DNA from: Anolis carolinensis
Lineage: Eukaryota
DNA length: 64,000 bases
Assembly: GCF_035594765.1 (NCBI RefSeq)
Contig: NC_085846.1
Location: forward strand, 117,601,190 to 117,665,189
Direction of reading: 5' to 3'
This document shows, piece by piece, positions 13,936 through 24,959 of the stretch. The notes beneath the pieces were generated by a model. It saw nothing but the letters and a program-made list of their open reading frames with translations, was not told the origin of the DNA and did no database searches. The stretch's first letter is position 1. Every line of letters begins with the position of its first letter. The position numbers were made by a program, and so were the translations under genes.

Positions 13936-14650
13936 AGGCCCCGGATCCCCCCGAGAGGCCTACTCCGGCCATGGCTCCATCCCCTCCATCACCTCAGGCT
14001 CCCTCCATAGGATTATCCTTATTTCTCCTCCGCCTCCTTCCTCCTACCATGAGGCCTCTCCCTCCGGCTCCTCGTCGGAGAGGATAGGCTGTCTCCCTCC
14101 GCGCGGCCTCCTCCTTCCTGCCTTCCTTCCTCCCTTCTCTCTCTCTCTCTCAGCCTCTCTCGCCGGCCCGCTGATTCCTTTTCTCTCCCCCTCACAGCAA
14201 CCCCGAACTACATTTCCCGGCAGGCGGTTCATCCATTTCCGGTTTTTTTTCCTTCTGACGCAAACGGAAGTGCCGGCTTGAAGGGAGAAACGAAAGCTGG
14301 AGTCTTTACAAAAAGGAGAGGCGGGGCTCTTTCCCTCCCCAATCGCTCTGTCTCCAAGGCAACGGGGCGGACCAATGGGAGAAGGCGGTGGGCGGGGCTA
14401 AAGGGAAAGCAGGAAGGGAAGTGGGCGGGGCAGGCGAGGCAAGGAGTTTTTAAAAAAAGGAGAGGCGGGGCTCTTTCCCTCCCCAATCGCTCTGTCTCCA
14501 AGGCAACGGGGCGGACCAATGGGAGAAGGCGGTGGGCGGGGCTAAAGGGAAAGCAGGAAGGGAAGTGGGCGGGGCAGGCGAGGCAAGGCAGGTGAGTTCA
14601 GGGGGACGCGGGAGCCGCTCAGGTGAGTTCTTTTAACCCCGCCCAGGCCT
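13930..14650. promoter_or_regulatory. CpG-island promoter, probably bidirectional
   Basis: CpG-rich. ZNF143/THAP11-type ACTACATTTCCC at 14207-14218, ETS/GABP cores (TTCCGG, CGGAAGT), TGACG half-CRE, GC boxes, CCAAT boxes. Plus-strand donors CAG|GTGAGT after 14591 and 14622; minus-strand donor ATG|GTAGGA at 14048. Confidence 0.8.
14311..14588. repeat. Tandem duplication (period 144 bp) of a promoter module
   Basis: 14311-14444 is identical to 14455-14588 by eye. Confidence 0.9.
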
Positions 14651-14817
14651 CCCTCCTGCTTGGGTTCACCTGTCGGGCTGCCAGCCTCCACTCTTTCCTC
14701 TTTATCTTAGGCTTCACCTCCAGGCCTTCTCCATTCTGGATTACCTCAGGCATGGTGCCAATTTGGGCCTTCCCTCCAGGTGTTTTGGACTCCAACTCCC
14801 ACCATTCCTAACAGCCG

Positions 14818-16021
14818 GTTCCAAACCTGCAAATGTGAGTAGATCAATAGGTACCGCTCCGGTGATAAGGTAATGGCATTCCATGCAGTCATGCCAGCCA
14901 CATGATCTTGGAGGTGTCTACAGACAACGCCAGCTCTTTGGCTTAGAAATGGATATGAGCACAAAGTCCCACAGTCGGACACAACTGGACAATGTCAGGG
15001 GAAAACCTTTATCTTTTACCGCCTTCAACTCTCTCCCCCCCACTTCTTCTGGATTTTATCCCTTTCAGTTCTCCCCTCTTCTAGTGTTTACCTGTTGAAC
15101 TGTCACCTCAACTCAGGGGTCTTCAAACTTTTTAAGTGGAGGGCCGATTCACAGTCCCTCAAACTGTTGGGGGGCCGGACTAGGATGAAATAGTCCAAAA
15201 TTAGGATTGTTGTTGTTGTGTGCCTTCAAGTCATTTCAGACATAGGTAAGCAAAGAAGCCTCCAAAGACCATCGAGATGGTCTCATAAGACCATAGATAA
15301 GGAAAGGGACCCTCAAAGACCATCTAGATGGTTTCATAAGACCATAGATAAGGAAAGGGGCTTCCAAAGGCCATCTAGACAATCTCATAAAACCATAGGT
15401 AAGGAAAGAGACCCTCAAAGGCCATCTAGACCATCTTATAGGACCATAGGTAAGGAAAGGGACCTCCAAAAGCCATCTAGATGGCTTCATAAGGTTGTAG
15501 CTAAGCAAAGAGACCTTCAAAGACCATCTAGGCGATCTCATAAGGCTATAAGTAAGCAAAGAGACCTCCAAAGACCAGGTAAAGTTTAGGACAGGGGCCA
15601 GGTAAATGACCTTGGAGGGCCGCATCCGGCCCCCGGGCCTTAGTTTGGGGACCCCTGCCTCAACTCTTTCCTCTTTTTTGGGCCTTACCTGTTTAACTGT
15701 CACATTAAGCTCACCCCTCTTTCGGCCTGTATTTGCCAGACTGTCTGATCTTATTCTGGGCTTGACTTGTTGGATTGTCACCTTTTATGCCTTACATCTT
15801 CTGAGCTTTACCTGTTGGACTCACCTTCAACTCTTCTTCTTCTTCTGGCCTTTACTTCCTGTCTTTACCTGTTGGCTTTTCACCCTCTTCTCTTTCCTCT
15901 TTTTCTGGGATTTACTTTGCTGGTTTGTCACCTTCAGGTCTGCTCTCCTCTTCTGGGCTATACCTGTTGGGCTATCACAGGCATGGGCCAATTTGGACCC
16001 TCCCTCCAGGTGTTTTGGACT
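14818..16021 (+). repeat. Local segmental duplication, copy 1 (copy 2 at ~21510-22713, offset 6692)
   Basis: Near-identical sequence; identical ORF translations at 14883/21575, 15218/21910 and 15236/21928. Confidence 0.95.
15114..15657. mobile_element. Non-autonomous hAT element with internal ~51-bp tandem repeats
   Basis: CAGGGGTC...GACCCCTG termini, perfect 8-bp TSD CCTCAACT, about seven internal units (aaggaaagggaccctcaaagaccatctaga...). Confidence 0.85.
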
Positions 16022-16371
16022 CCAACTCCCACTATTCCTAACAGCCGGTAGGCTGTTAGGAATGGTGGGAGTTGGAGTCCAAAACACCTGGAGGGAAGGC
16101 CCAAGTTGGCACCATGCCTGCTCTACCTGTTGGGAATTTATTTTTGTTTTATTATTTATTCATATTTGATATATACAAATACATATATTTATTTATTTAC
16201 TACATTTACATCCCGCCCTTCTCACCCCGAAGGGGACTCACAGCGGCTCACAGATAATATGTACATATAATATATTATTAGCATAGCACAACATTAGCAT
16301 TATATTTTACCATATTGTACTATACCGCCATACTCTAATATTATTACTAATATTACCTGTAATATATAATA

Positions 16372-16827
16372 CTAGCTGTGCCCGGCCACGCGTTGCTGTG
16401 GCAAAGTGGTGGTGGTATTGGTTGAAAATTGTTGTGTAATTTTTATTTGACGTTATTTGCAATTTTTTTTATTAATTTTATTGTAAGTTATATTTTTATT
16501 TATTATATTTTATTATTTTCTTGTATTATTTTTAGTTATTTTCTGTTATTATAGTATTTTATTGTATTAATTTTTAGTGTTTATTATTATTTTTTATTGG
16601 GTTGCTAGGAGACCAAGTTGGAGGAGCTTAGCCTTCTAACTGGCAGCAATTGGATAAAAGCAATTATTCCTCTCCCTCTAATTAGGACTTTATTTTTCTT
16701 TTCTTTTTGTTGTATCAACCTAGAGGCGTGGATGATGGGTTGTTTTGTCAAATTTCGAGGTTGGGGGGCCTGTAGTTTTGTTGTTTTGTGGGTCGCCGTG
16801 ATGCCATCACTCTTTTATATATATAGA
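16372..16827 (-). mobile_element. Non-autonomous Helitron
   Basis: Minus strand starts TCTATATA and ends GCCACAGCAACGCGTGGCcgggcacagCTAG (subterminal hairpin + CTAG). Inserted between A and T, no TSD. Confidence 0.8.
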
Positions 16828-16998
16828 TGTAATTAATATTATTATGTTGTAATATTACTATTAGTATTATATTGTATTAAATTATAATGTTACTATCAAT
16901 ATTATATGTATATAAAATATATTAACTATTATTTATTATTGTACTGTGTACTATATCATATATTATATACAATAATATATGTACATATATAATAACTA

Positions 16999-17321
16999 CA
17001 GTAGAGTCTCACTTATCCAACATAAACGGGCCAGCAGAACGTTGGATAAGCGAATATGTTGGATAATAAGGAGAGATTAAGGAGACACCTATTAAACATC
17101 AAATTAAGTCATGATTTTACAAATTAAGTACCAAAACATCATGTTACACAACAAATTTGACAGAAAAAGTAGTTCAATATGCAGTAATGCTATGTAGTAA
17201 TTACTGTATTTACGAATTTAGCACCAAAATATCACGATATATTGAAAACATTGACTACAAAAATGCGTTGGATAATCCAGAACGTTGGATAAGCGAGTGT
17301 TGGATAAGTGAGACTCTACTG
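16999..17321. mobile_element. Tc1/mariner-type MITE, copy 1
   Basis: TIR CAGTAGAGTCTCACTTATCCAA, TA target duplication. Confidence 0.85.
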
Positions 17322-17451
17322 TACATATATTTATTTATTTACTACATTTATATCCCGCCCTTCTCACCCCGAAGGGGACTCAGAGCGGCTTACAAATAAT
17401 ATGTACATACAATATATTATTAGCATAGCACAATATTAACATTATATATTA

Positions 17452-17773
17452 CAGTAGAGTCTCACTTATCCAAGCTAAATGGGACGGCAGAAGCTTGGAT
17501 AAGCGAATATCTTGGATAATAAGGAGGGATTAAGGAAAAGTTAATTAAACATCAAATTAGGTTATGATTTTACAAATTAAGTGCCAAAACATCATGTTAT
17601 ACAACAAATATGACAGAAAAGTAGTTCAATACGCAGTAATGTTATGTTGTAATTACTGTATTTATGAATTTAGCACCAAAATATCATGATATATTGAAAA
17701 CATTAACTACAAAAATGGCTTGGATTATCCAGAAGCTTGGATAAGCAAGGCTTGGATAAGTGAGACTCTACTG
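17452..17773. mobile_element. Tc1/mariner-type MITE, copy 2
   Basis: Same TIRs and TA flanks. Confidence 0.85.
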
Positions 17774-17913
17774 TACTATATTGTACTATACCACTATACT
17801 GTGATATTATTAATGATGTTAGATATTATGATGTAATATATAATATATAATTAATATTATTATAGTGTTTTATTATTAGTTTTATATAGTATTACATCAT
17901 AATATTATCAATA

Positions 17914-18221
17914 CAGTAGAGTCTCGCTTATCCAACGTAAACGGGCTGGCAGAATGTTGGATAAGTGAATATGTTGGATAATAAGGAGAGATTAAGAAAA
18001 AGCCTATTAAACATCAAAATAGGTTATGATTTTACAAATTAAGCACCAAAACATCATGTTATACAACAAATTTGACAGAAAAAGTAGTTCATTGCGCATT
18101 AATGCTATGTAGTAATTACTGTATTTACGAATTTAGCACCAAAGTATCATGATATATTGAAAACATTGACTACAAAAATGCGTTGGATAATCCAGAACGT
18201 TTGATAAGTGAGACTCTACTG
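17914..18221. mobile_element. Tc1/mariner-type MITE, copy 3
   Basis: Same TIRs and TA flanks. Confidence 0.85.
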
Positions 18222-18247
18222 TACAAATACATATATTTATTTATTTA

Positions 18248-19107
18248 CTGTGTTGCCGAAGGCTTTCATGGCTGGGATCACAGGGTTGTTGTATGTCTTT
18301 TGGGCTGTGTGGCCATGTTCCAGATGTATTCTTTTTCATTGTATTTTTAATAAAATTTCATATACCATAAGAGAAAATGAAAAAAATTTAGTATACATCG
18401 AAAGTGGGAGAACAATAATTTTGTTATAGTAAAGTAGGAAAAATGAGAGAAAAGAGAAAAATAAGGCAAAATAATGGTGGGAAAAATTTTAAAAAATTCT
18501 GAATAAAAGAAAGATATTTTGAAAAAAAATATCTTTTTTTTTTCCAAAATGTTCCAGAAGTATTCTCTCCTGACGTTTCGCCCACATCTATGGCAGGCAT
18601 CCTCAGAGGTTGTGAGGCATGGAGAGACTAGGCAAGGAAGGTAAATATATATCTGTGGAGAGTCTATCATATCAGACTACACAGAGTAGCCGTTGAAATC
18701 CACAAGCAAGTGGACAATTTCAACAGAAAGGAGGAAACCATGAAAATGAACAAAATCTGGCTACCAGTATTAAAAAACTCAAAAATCAGAACAGTAGATG
18801 GGAAGCAACACTGAGGGCAGAGGAGCCCCAGGGACAGCTAATGACTCTGAACAAAGGATGCCCCCCAGCCTAGAGACAAACCTTTCCAATGCTAATTAGG
18901 GTGATTAACTGCAACATTAACTGACTTCCAACTGACAAAGGACTCTTGTCACACCCTGGACTCTCCACAGATATATATTTACCTTCCTTGCCTAGTCTCT
19001 CCATGCCTCACAACCTCTGAGGATGCCTGCCATAGATGTGGGTGAAACGTCAGGAGAGAATACTTCTGGAACATGGCCACACAGCCCGAAAGACTTAAAA
19101 CAACCCT
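18248..19107 (+). mobile_element. Truncated Penelope-like element with inverted pseudo-LTR arrangement and minimal hammerhead motif
   Basis: 18665-18780 encodes a GIY-YIG-type C-terminus (RLHR..VEIHKQVDNFNRKEETMKMNKIWLPVLK). 18551-18664 is the reverse complement of 18959-19072 (1 mismatch). CTGAGGA-stem-GAAACGTC at 19017-19051. Inverted arm interrupted by an AT-rich stretch at ~18324-18550. Confidence 0.75.
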
Positions 19108-19334
19108 ATTTATTTACTACATTTATATCCCGCCCTTCTCACCCCGGAGGGGACTCAGAGCGGCTTACAGGTAATATATACATACAAAATATTATTAGCA
19201 TAGCACAATATTTGCATTATATATTACTATATTGTACTATACCACCATACTGTAATATTATTAGTGATATTAGATGTAATATATAATATATAATTAATAT
19301 TATTATGGTGTTTTATTATTAGTATTATATAGTA

Positions 19335-19874
19335 CTAGCTGTGCCCGGCCACGCATTGCTGTGGCGTTGTCTGGTGGTGTTGGTGAGAAATTGTTGAGGT
19401 AGTGGTGGTATTGAATGTCTGTTGTATGGTTGTCTTTATGTTTAGTATGCACACTGAAGTGGATTATATGGCAGTGTGGAGTCAAGATAATCCAGTTCAA
19501 AGCAGATAATCTAAGATTATAAATGGGTTATATAGCTGTGTAGAAGGGCCTTGAGTCTACACTGCCATATAATCCAGTTAAAATCTGATAATCTGTGGAA
19601 GAGGCCTAAGTGAGGCTTAACTGTGCCTGTCCCCTGGGCTGAGGAGGTTGCTAGGAGACCAAGTGGGCAGAGCTTAGCCTTCAAACTGGCAGCAATTGGA
19701 TAAAAACTATTATTCCTCTCCCTGTAATTAGGACTTTATTTTTTCTTTTCTTTTTGTTGTATCAACCTAGAGCCGTGAATGATGGGTTGTGTTGTCAAAT
19801 TTTGAGGTTGGCGGGCCTGTAGTTTTGTTGTTTTGTCCGCTGCCCTGATGCCATCACTCTTTTATATATATAGA
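19335..19874 (-). mobile_element. Non-autonomous Helitron, same family as 16372-16827
   Basis: Same 5' TCTATATATATAAAAGAGTGATGGCATC and 3' hairpin + CTAG ends. Confidence 0.75.
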
Positions 19875-20078
19875 AGATTACATCATAATATTATTATCAA
19901 TATATGTATATACATTATGTCCATTGATCATATAATATGTTGTAAACCTGTTTGGGTTCCCTAGGGGAGGAAGGCGGTATATAAATGATGTAAATAAATA
20001 AATAAATATTAATTATTATTTATTATTGTATATTGTATTGTATATTATATACAATATGTATATATACATATAAAATAA

Positions 20079-20408
20079 CTAGCTTGGGGACCTGGCAGTG
20101 CCCGGGTTTATAGATGAAGGCATTGTTTATTTTGGGATGTTAGGTGATATCACCGAAGTTTGGTCCAGATCCGTCATCGGCTGGGTTCAGGGCTCTCTGG
20201 ATAAGGATGAACTACAATTCCCAGATTCCCAGGGAAATCATCCCCAAACCCTGACAGTACTCCCAGTTGGCCATGTTGGGTCTGTGTGCCATGTTTGGTC
20301 CAGATCTGACATCAGCTGGGTTCTGTGCTTTCTGGATGCAGGTGAACAGTTCCATCTTGTCTCCTATGCCATTAGTTGGGGGCCCCTCCCCCACTAACAT
20401 GCTATGCT

Positions 20409-20456
<48 letters not shown>

Positions 20457-21430
20457 TACAATATAATATACAATAATATAGAATGATATAATATATCGTA
20501 TATACATATAATATTGATAATATTATAATGTAATACAATTAATACTAATACAATATAATAATAGTAATTATATATTATGTATTACATGTAATGTTACTAA
20601 TAATATTACAGTATAGTGGTATAGTTCAATAAAGTAATATATAATGCTAATATTGTGCTATGCTAATAATATAATAAACTGTATGTACATATCATTTGTA
20701 AGCCACTCTGAGTCCCCTTCGGGGTGAGAAGGGCAGGATATAAATGTAGTAAATAAATAAATAAACTACAACTCCCAAAACCAGGGTCCATTCCCTTTAA
20801 CCCCTGCAGTATGTTCAGTTGGTCATGGGACTTCTCTCTGTGCCAAGTTTGGCCCCATTCCATTGTTGGTGGAAGCCACAGTATCAGTGAAGGTACTGAA
20901 TGTCCCATTATCCGTGGCAAGTTTGGTCCAGATCCATCGTTGGTTAGGTGAACAGTGCTCTCTGGATGTAGGTCAAGTACAACTCTTGTGAATCATAGTG
21001 AATTCTCCCCCAAATCTCTTGTTCAGTTGCTGATCAATTCCTCTGATAATGGTGTTCCGTAGGAAAGGGTAGGAAAGTGTTAAGGGAGAGACAGTGGGCG
21101 GGGTCATGCAAATCAAGGAACCCTGGGATGTCCATTCTGGAGGAAAAACAGAACATCTAGGATGAAATTGTCCCCACAGGAAAGCCTTCATTTGAGTGAG
21201 TGGCAGTAGTATTATAATTAATATATTAGTATTATTATATTACAATATTATTATATATTGTATTATTAGTTTTATATTGTACTAGCTTGGGTACCCGGGT
21301 TGTTTGAAAAAGGCATTGTTTGTTTTGGGGTGTTAGATAATATCATTTAGTTAATTAATAACACTATTAGGGGGGGGACAGTCTTTGATTTTGTTTTTTA
21401 CGAATGCCCCCATTAGAAAATACATAATGA
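20079..21430 (-). mobile_element. Fragments of a second Helitron-like family, interrupted by an AT-rich L2-tailed element and (TA)n
   Basis: Two related ...cccaagCTAG-T 3' ends (20079, 21282) with GC-rich subterminal sequence; 5' ends not resolved. Confidence 0.4.
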
Positions 21431-21431
21431 T

Positions 21432-21712
21432 GACCAAAAGGTCGGCAGTTCAAATCCAGGGAGCGGAGTGAGCTCCTGCTGTTAGCCCCAGCTTCTGCCA
21501 ACCTAGCAGTTCGAAAACATGCAAATGTGAGTAGATCAATAGGTACCGCTCCGGTGGTAAGGTAATGGCATTCCATGCAGTCATGCCAGCCACATGATCT
21601 TGGAGGTGTCTACAGACAACGCCAGCTCTTTGGCTTAGAAATGGATATGAGCACAAAGTCCCACAGTCGGACACAACTGGACAATGTCAGGGGAAAACCT
21701 TTATCTTTTACC
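21432..21712 (+). mobile_element. Sauria-type SINE (5'-truncated); further-truncated duplicate at ~14818-15020
   Basis: Colinear with the full copy at 50570-50892; accttt-type tail. Confidence 0.8.
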
Positions 21713-22713
21713 GCCTTCAACTCTCTCCCCCCCACTTCTTCTGGATTTTATCCCTTTCAGTTCTCCCCTCTTCTAGTGTTTACCTGTTGAACTGTCACCT
21801 CAACTCAGGGGTCTTCAAACTTTTTAAGTGGAGGGCCGATTCACAGTCCCTCAAACTGTTGGGGGGCCGGACTATGATGAAATAGTCCAAAATTAGGATT
21901 GTTGTTGTTGTGTGCCTTCAAGTCATTTCAGACATAGGTAAGCAAAGAAGCCTCCAAAGACCATCGAGATGGTCTCATAAGACCATAGATAAGGAAAGGG
22001 ACCCTCAAAGACCATCTAGATGGTTTCATAAGACCATAGATAAGGAAAGGGGCTTCCAAAGGCCATCTAGACAATCTCATAAAACCATAGGTAAGGAAAG
22101 AGACCCTCAAAGGCCATCTAGACCATCTTATAGGACCATAGGTAAGGAAAGGGACCTCCAAAAGCCATCTAGATGGCTTCATAAGGTTGTAGCTAAGCAA
22201 AGAGACCTTCAAAGACCATCTAGGCGATCTCATAAGGCTATAAGTAAGCAAAGAGACCTCCAAAGACCAGGTAAAGTTTAGGACAGGGGCCAGGTAAATG
22301 ACCTTGGAGGGCCGCATCCGGCCCCCGGGCCTTAGTTTGGGGACCCCTGCCTCAACTCTTTCCTCTTTTTTGGGCCTTACCTGTTTAACTGTCACATTAA
22401 GCTCACCCCTCTTTCGGCCTGTATTTGCCAGACTGTCTGATCTTATTCTGGGCTTGACTTGTTGGATTGTCACCTTTTATGCCTTACATCTTCTGAGCTT
22501 TACCTGTTGGACTCACCTTCAACTCTTCTTCTTCTTCTGGCCTTTACTTCCTGTCTTTACCTGTTGGCTTTTCACCCTTTACTCTTTCCTCTTTTTCTGG
22601 GATTTACTTTGCTGGTTTGTCACCTTCAGGTCTGCTCTCATCTTCTGGGCTATACCTGTTGGGCTATCACAGGCATGGGCCAATTTGGACCCTCCCTCCA
22701 GGTGTTTTGGACT
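21510..22713 (+). repeat. Local segmental duplication, copy 2 (likely donor)
   Basis: Matches 14818-16021; here the SINE is longer and the terminal MITE retains its TSD. Confidence 0.95.
21806..22349. mobile_element. Non-autonomous hAT element (duplicate of 15114-15657)
   Basis: Same TIRs and same CCTCAACT TSD, so duplicated with its flanks rather than transposed independently. Confidence 0.85.
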
Positions 22714-22807
22714 TCAACTCCCAGAATTCCTAACAGTCTACTGGCTGTTAGGAATTCTGGGAGTTGAAGTCCAAAACACCTGGAGGGCCCAAGTTTGACC
22801 ATACCCG
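22670..22807. mobile_element. Palindromic hAT-type MITE
   Basis: CAGGCATGG...CCATACCCG arms; 8-bp TSD ggctatca/ggctatct. Confidence 0.8.
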
Positions 22808-22995
22808 GGCTATCTCCTTCAAGTTTCCTTTTCATTTCTACAGTGTATAAACCCAGAGAGAAAGCTCTCTCATTATTCTTCTCGTTTCTTTGGCTCATTC
22901 AATGAGTTAATTAGTACATACTTCATTTAATGGCTTTAGTTAATTGCATATGATTCGAGATTCACCTTCATGTTTGTTGAAATGTTTTTTTCCAG

Positions 22996-23091
22996 ATGGA
23001 ACCCAATGCTCACCTGGTGGATTATCTGGCAATGCTATATATGTTTCAAGCCATCGGCAATGCCTGGATTTCAAAGGGGAATCACGTGAAG
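22996..23091 (+). other. Candidate 96-nt exon of a transcript from the 14.5 kb promoter
   Basis: Strong acceptor gttttttttccag-like tract|ATGG and donor GAAG|gtaaga in unique sequence; two of three frames open; no homology recognised. Confidence 0.4.
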
Positions 23092-23299
23092 GTAAGATTT
23101 AAAACCCTTAGTGGAACATTAAAACATTTGCCATTTAGAAAGCCTTCACATTTTGCCCATTCCAAATAAATTCTTGGGAAAAAACCTAAGTAATTCATCT
23201 TTGCATTGGGTGCAGCTACACTGTAGAATTAATGCAGTTTGATGCCTGTTTAACTGCCTTGGCTCAATGTTATAGAATCCTGGATGTTGCATTATATAT

Positions 23300-24450
23300 T
23301 TATTTATTTATCGATCATGTCAGAAGTGAATTGAGAATACAGTTATAATTTATAGAAAAAAAACACGAAGTTAAAACTTTGGCATGATACTAAATGTCCT
23401 TTGAATAGTAGCTGGCGACTTGGACTGCCTCTGGAGTTGCTATAAGAAGGTCCTCCATTGCGTATGTGTAAGGGCTCAGGCTGTATTGTAATAGTAGTTT
23501 GTGGTTTGCTCTTCTCCACACTCGCATGTCATGGACTCCACTTTGTGGCCCCATTTCCTCTGCAAGTTGGCTCTGCATCTCGTGGTTTCAGAGCGCAGTT
23601 TTTTCAGCGGCTTCCAAGTCACCCCGTCTTCTGTGTGCCTAGGAGGGAGTGTCTTATCCGATCTGAACTACTGATTGAGATTCCGGATTTTGACTTGCCA
23701 CTTTTGGACTCTTGCTTGCTGAGGTGTTCCTGCGAGATTGCTGTAGATCTTAGGAGGCTATTTCTTGATTTAAGACGTCAGCATGCAGGCTGATATCTGA
23801 ACCGGGAATGTGCCAGAGATGTCACTGCCTTGGTCCTTTCATTGTTGGCTGCTACTTCCCGACAGAAGTCAGGTGGTGCAATACTGGCTAATTTCTCCAG
23901 CAGTGTAGGGCGTAGACAACCTGTGATAATGTGGCATGTCTCATTAAGAGCCACATCCACTGTTTTAATGTGGTGAGATGTCTTCCACACTGGGCATGCG
24001 TATTCAGCAGCAGAGTAGCCAAGCGCAAAGGCAGATGTCTTCACTGTGTCTGGTTGTGATCCCCAGGTTCTATCAGCTTTTGTACAATATTATTTCTAGC
24101 ACCTACTTTTTACTTGATAGTCAGGCAATGCTTCTTATAAGTCAGAGCATGGTCCAGAGTGACACCCAGATATTTTGTTGTGCTGCAATGTTCCAGTGGT
24201 ATTCCTTCCCAGGGAATCCTCAGAACTCGAGATGCATTTTAGATGTATTAGGGATCAGTTGGTTTTCCCTGTAGTAAACAGTAAGAGCACCTGAAGCTCC
24301 AGAGAGCTTCTGTTCAATCATTTCAAAGCTGCCTGCTTGAGCAGTGATGGCACGATTGTCAGCATAGATGAAAATCTCTGTCCTTTCTGGCAGTGGCTGG
24401 TAATTTGTGTAGATGTTAAATATTGATAGAGCAAGCAGGCTCCTCTGATA
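23300..24450 (-). mobile_element. Degenerate Vingi-type LINE fragment (RT C-terminal half to 3' end)
   Basis: ORFs 24220-24495(-) (FIYADN, decayed YADD) and 23778-24044(-) (SAAEYACPVW..DVALNETC.IITGCLRPT); (TAAA)n tail at ~23300. Confidence 0.8.
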
Positions 24451-24959
24451 TAATAATATAATTATATAAATACGAATAATGAACAGTCTTCGCAACCTTC
24501 TGATTTGTACACCTCAATGGTTTAAACAGAATAAACAGGGATAAAAAGAGATTTTGGTGCAAGATACTCATTTAGTAATAATAATACAGTAATAATAATA
24601 ATAATAAATTTTATTTATTACCCATCTCTCTCATTTGCCTTGAAATGAACCATAATAATAATAACTATATAAGGTCTATGTGCAAGGTTCTCAGAATAAT
24701 GGAATTAAGTAATTTATATGTTTTTAATTCTTGTATAATGTATTTTATTGATTATTGTTAATGGTTTTAAATATGTTGTTGATTCGTATTGATTTGTTTG
24801 GCACTGAATTTTGCCCGGTGTTGTAAGCTGCCTTGAGTCCCCTCAGGTGAGAAAGGTGGGGTAAAATTGTAAATAAATAAATAAACTCCAACATTTTCCT
24901 AGAGTGCCCACCTGTGTGGACACTTTGGCTTTCCTTTTCTGTTGATTGAATGTACACAG

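Larger units (their letters stand above)
14747..16120. mobile_element. Palindromic hAT-type MITE split by a 1.2 kb duplicated segment
   Basis: Left arm caggcatggtgccaatttgggccttcc (14747) is the reverse complement (1 mismatch) of the right arm ending ggaaggcccaagttggcaccatgcctg (16120). Flanks gattacct/ctctacct resemble a decayed 8-bp TSD. Confidence 0.75.

Noticed and set aside
15218-15589. Repetitive 123-aa ORF (QRPSR repeats), duplicated at 21910
   Set aside because: Arises from 51-bp internal repeats of a non-autonomous hAT element; starts at GTG, no splice or homology support.
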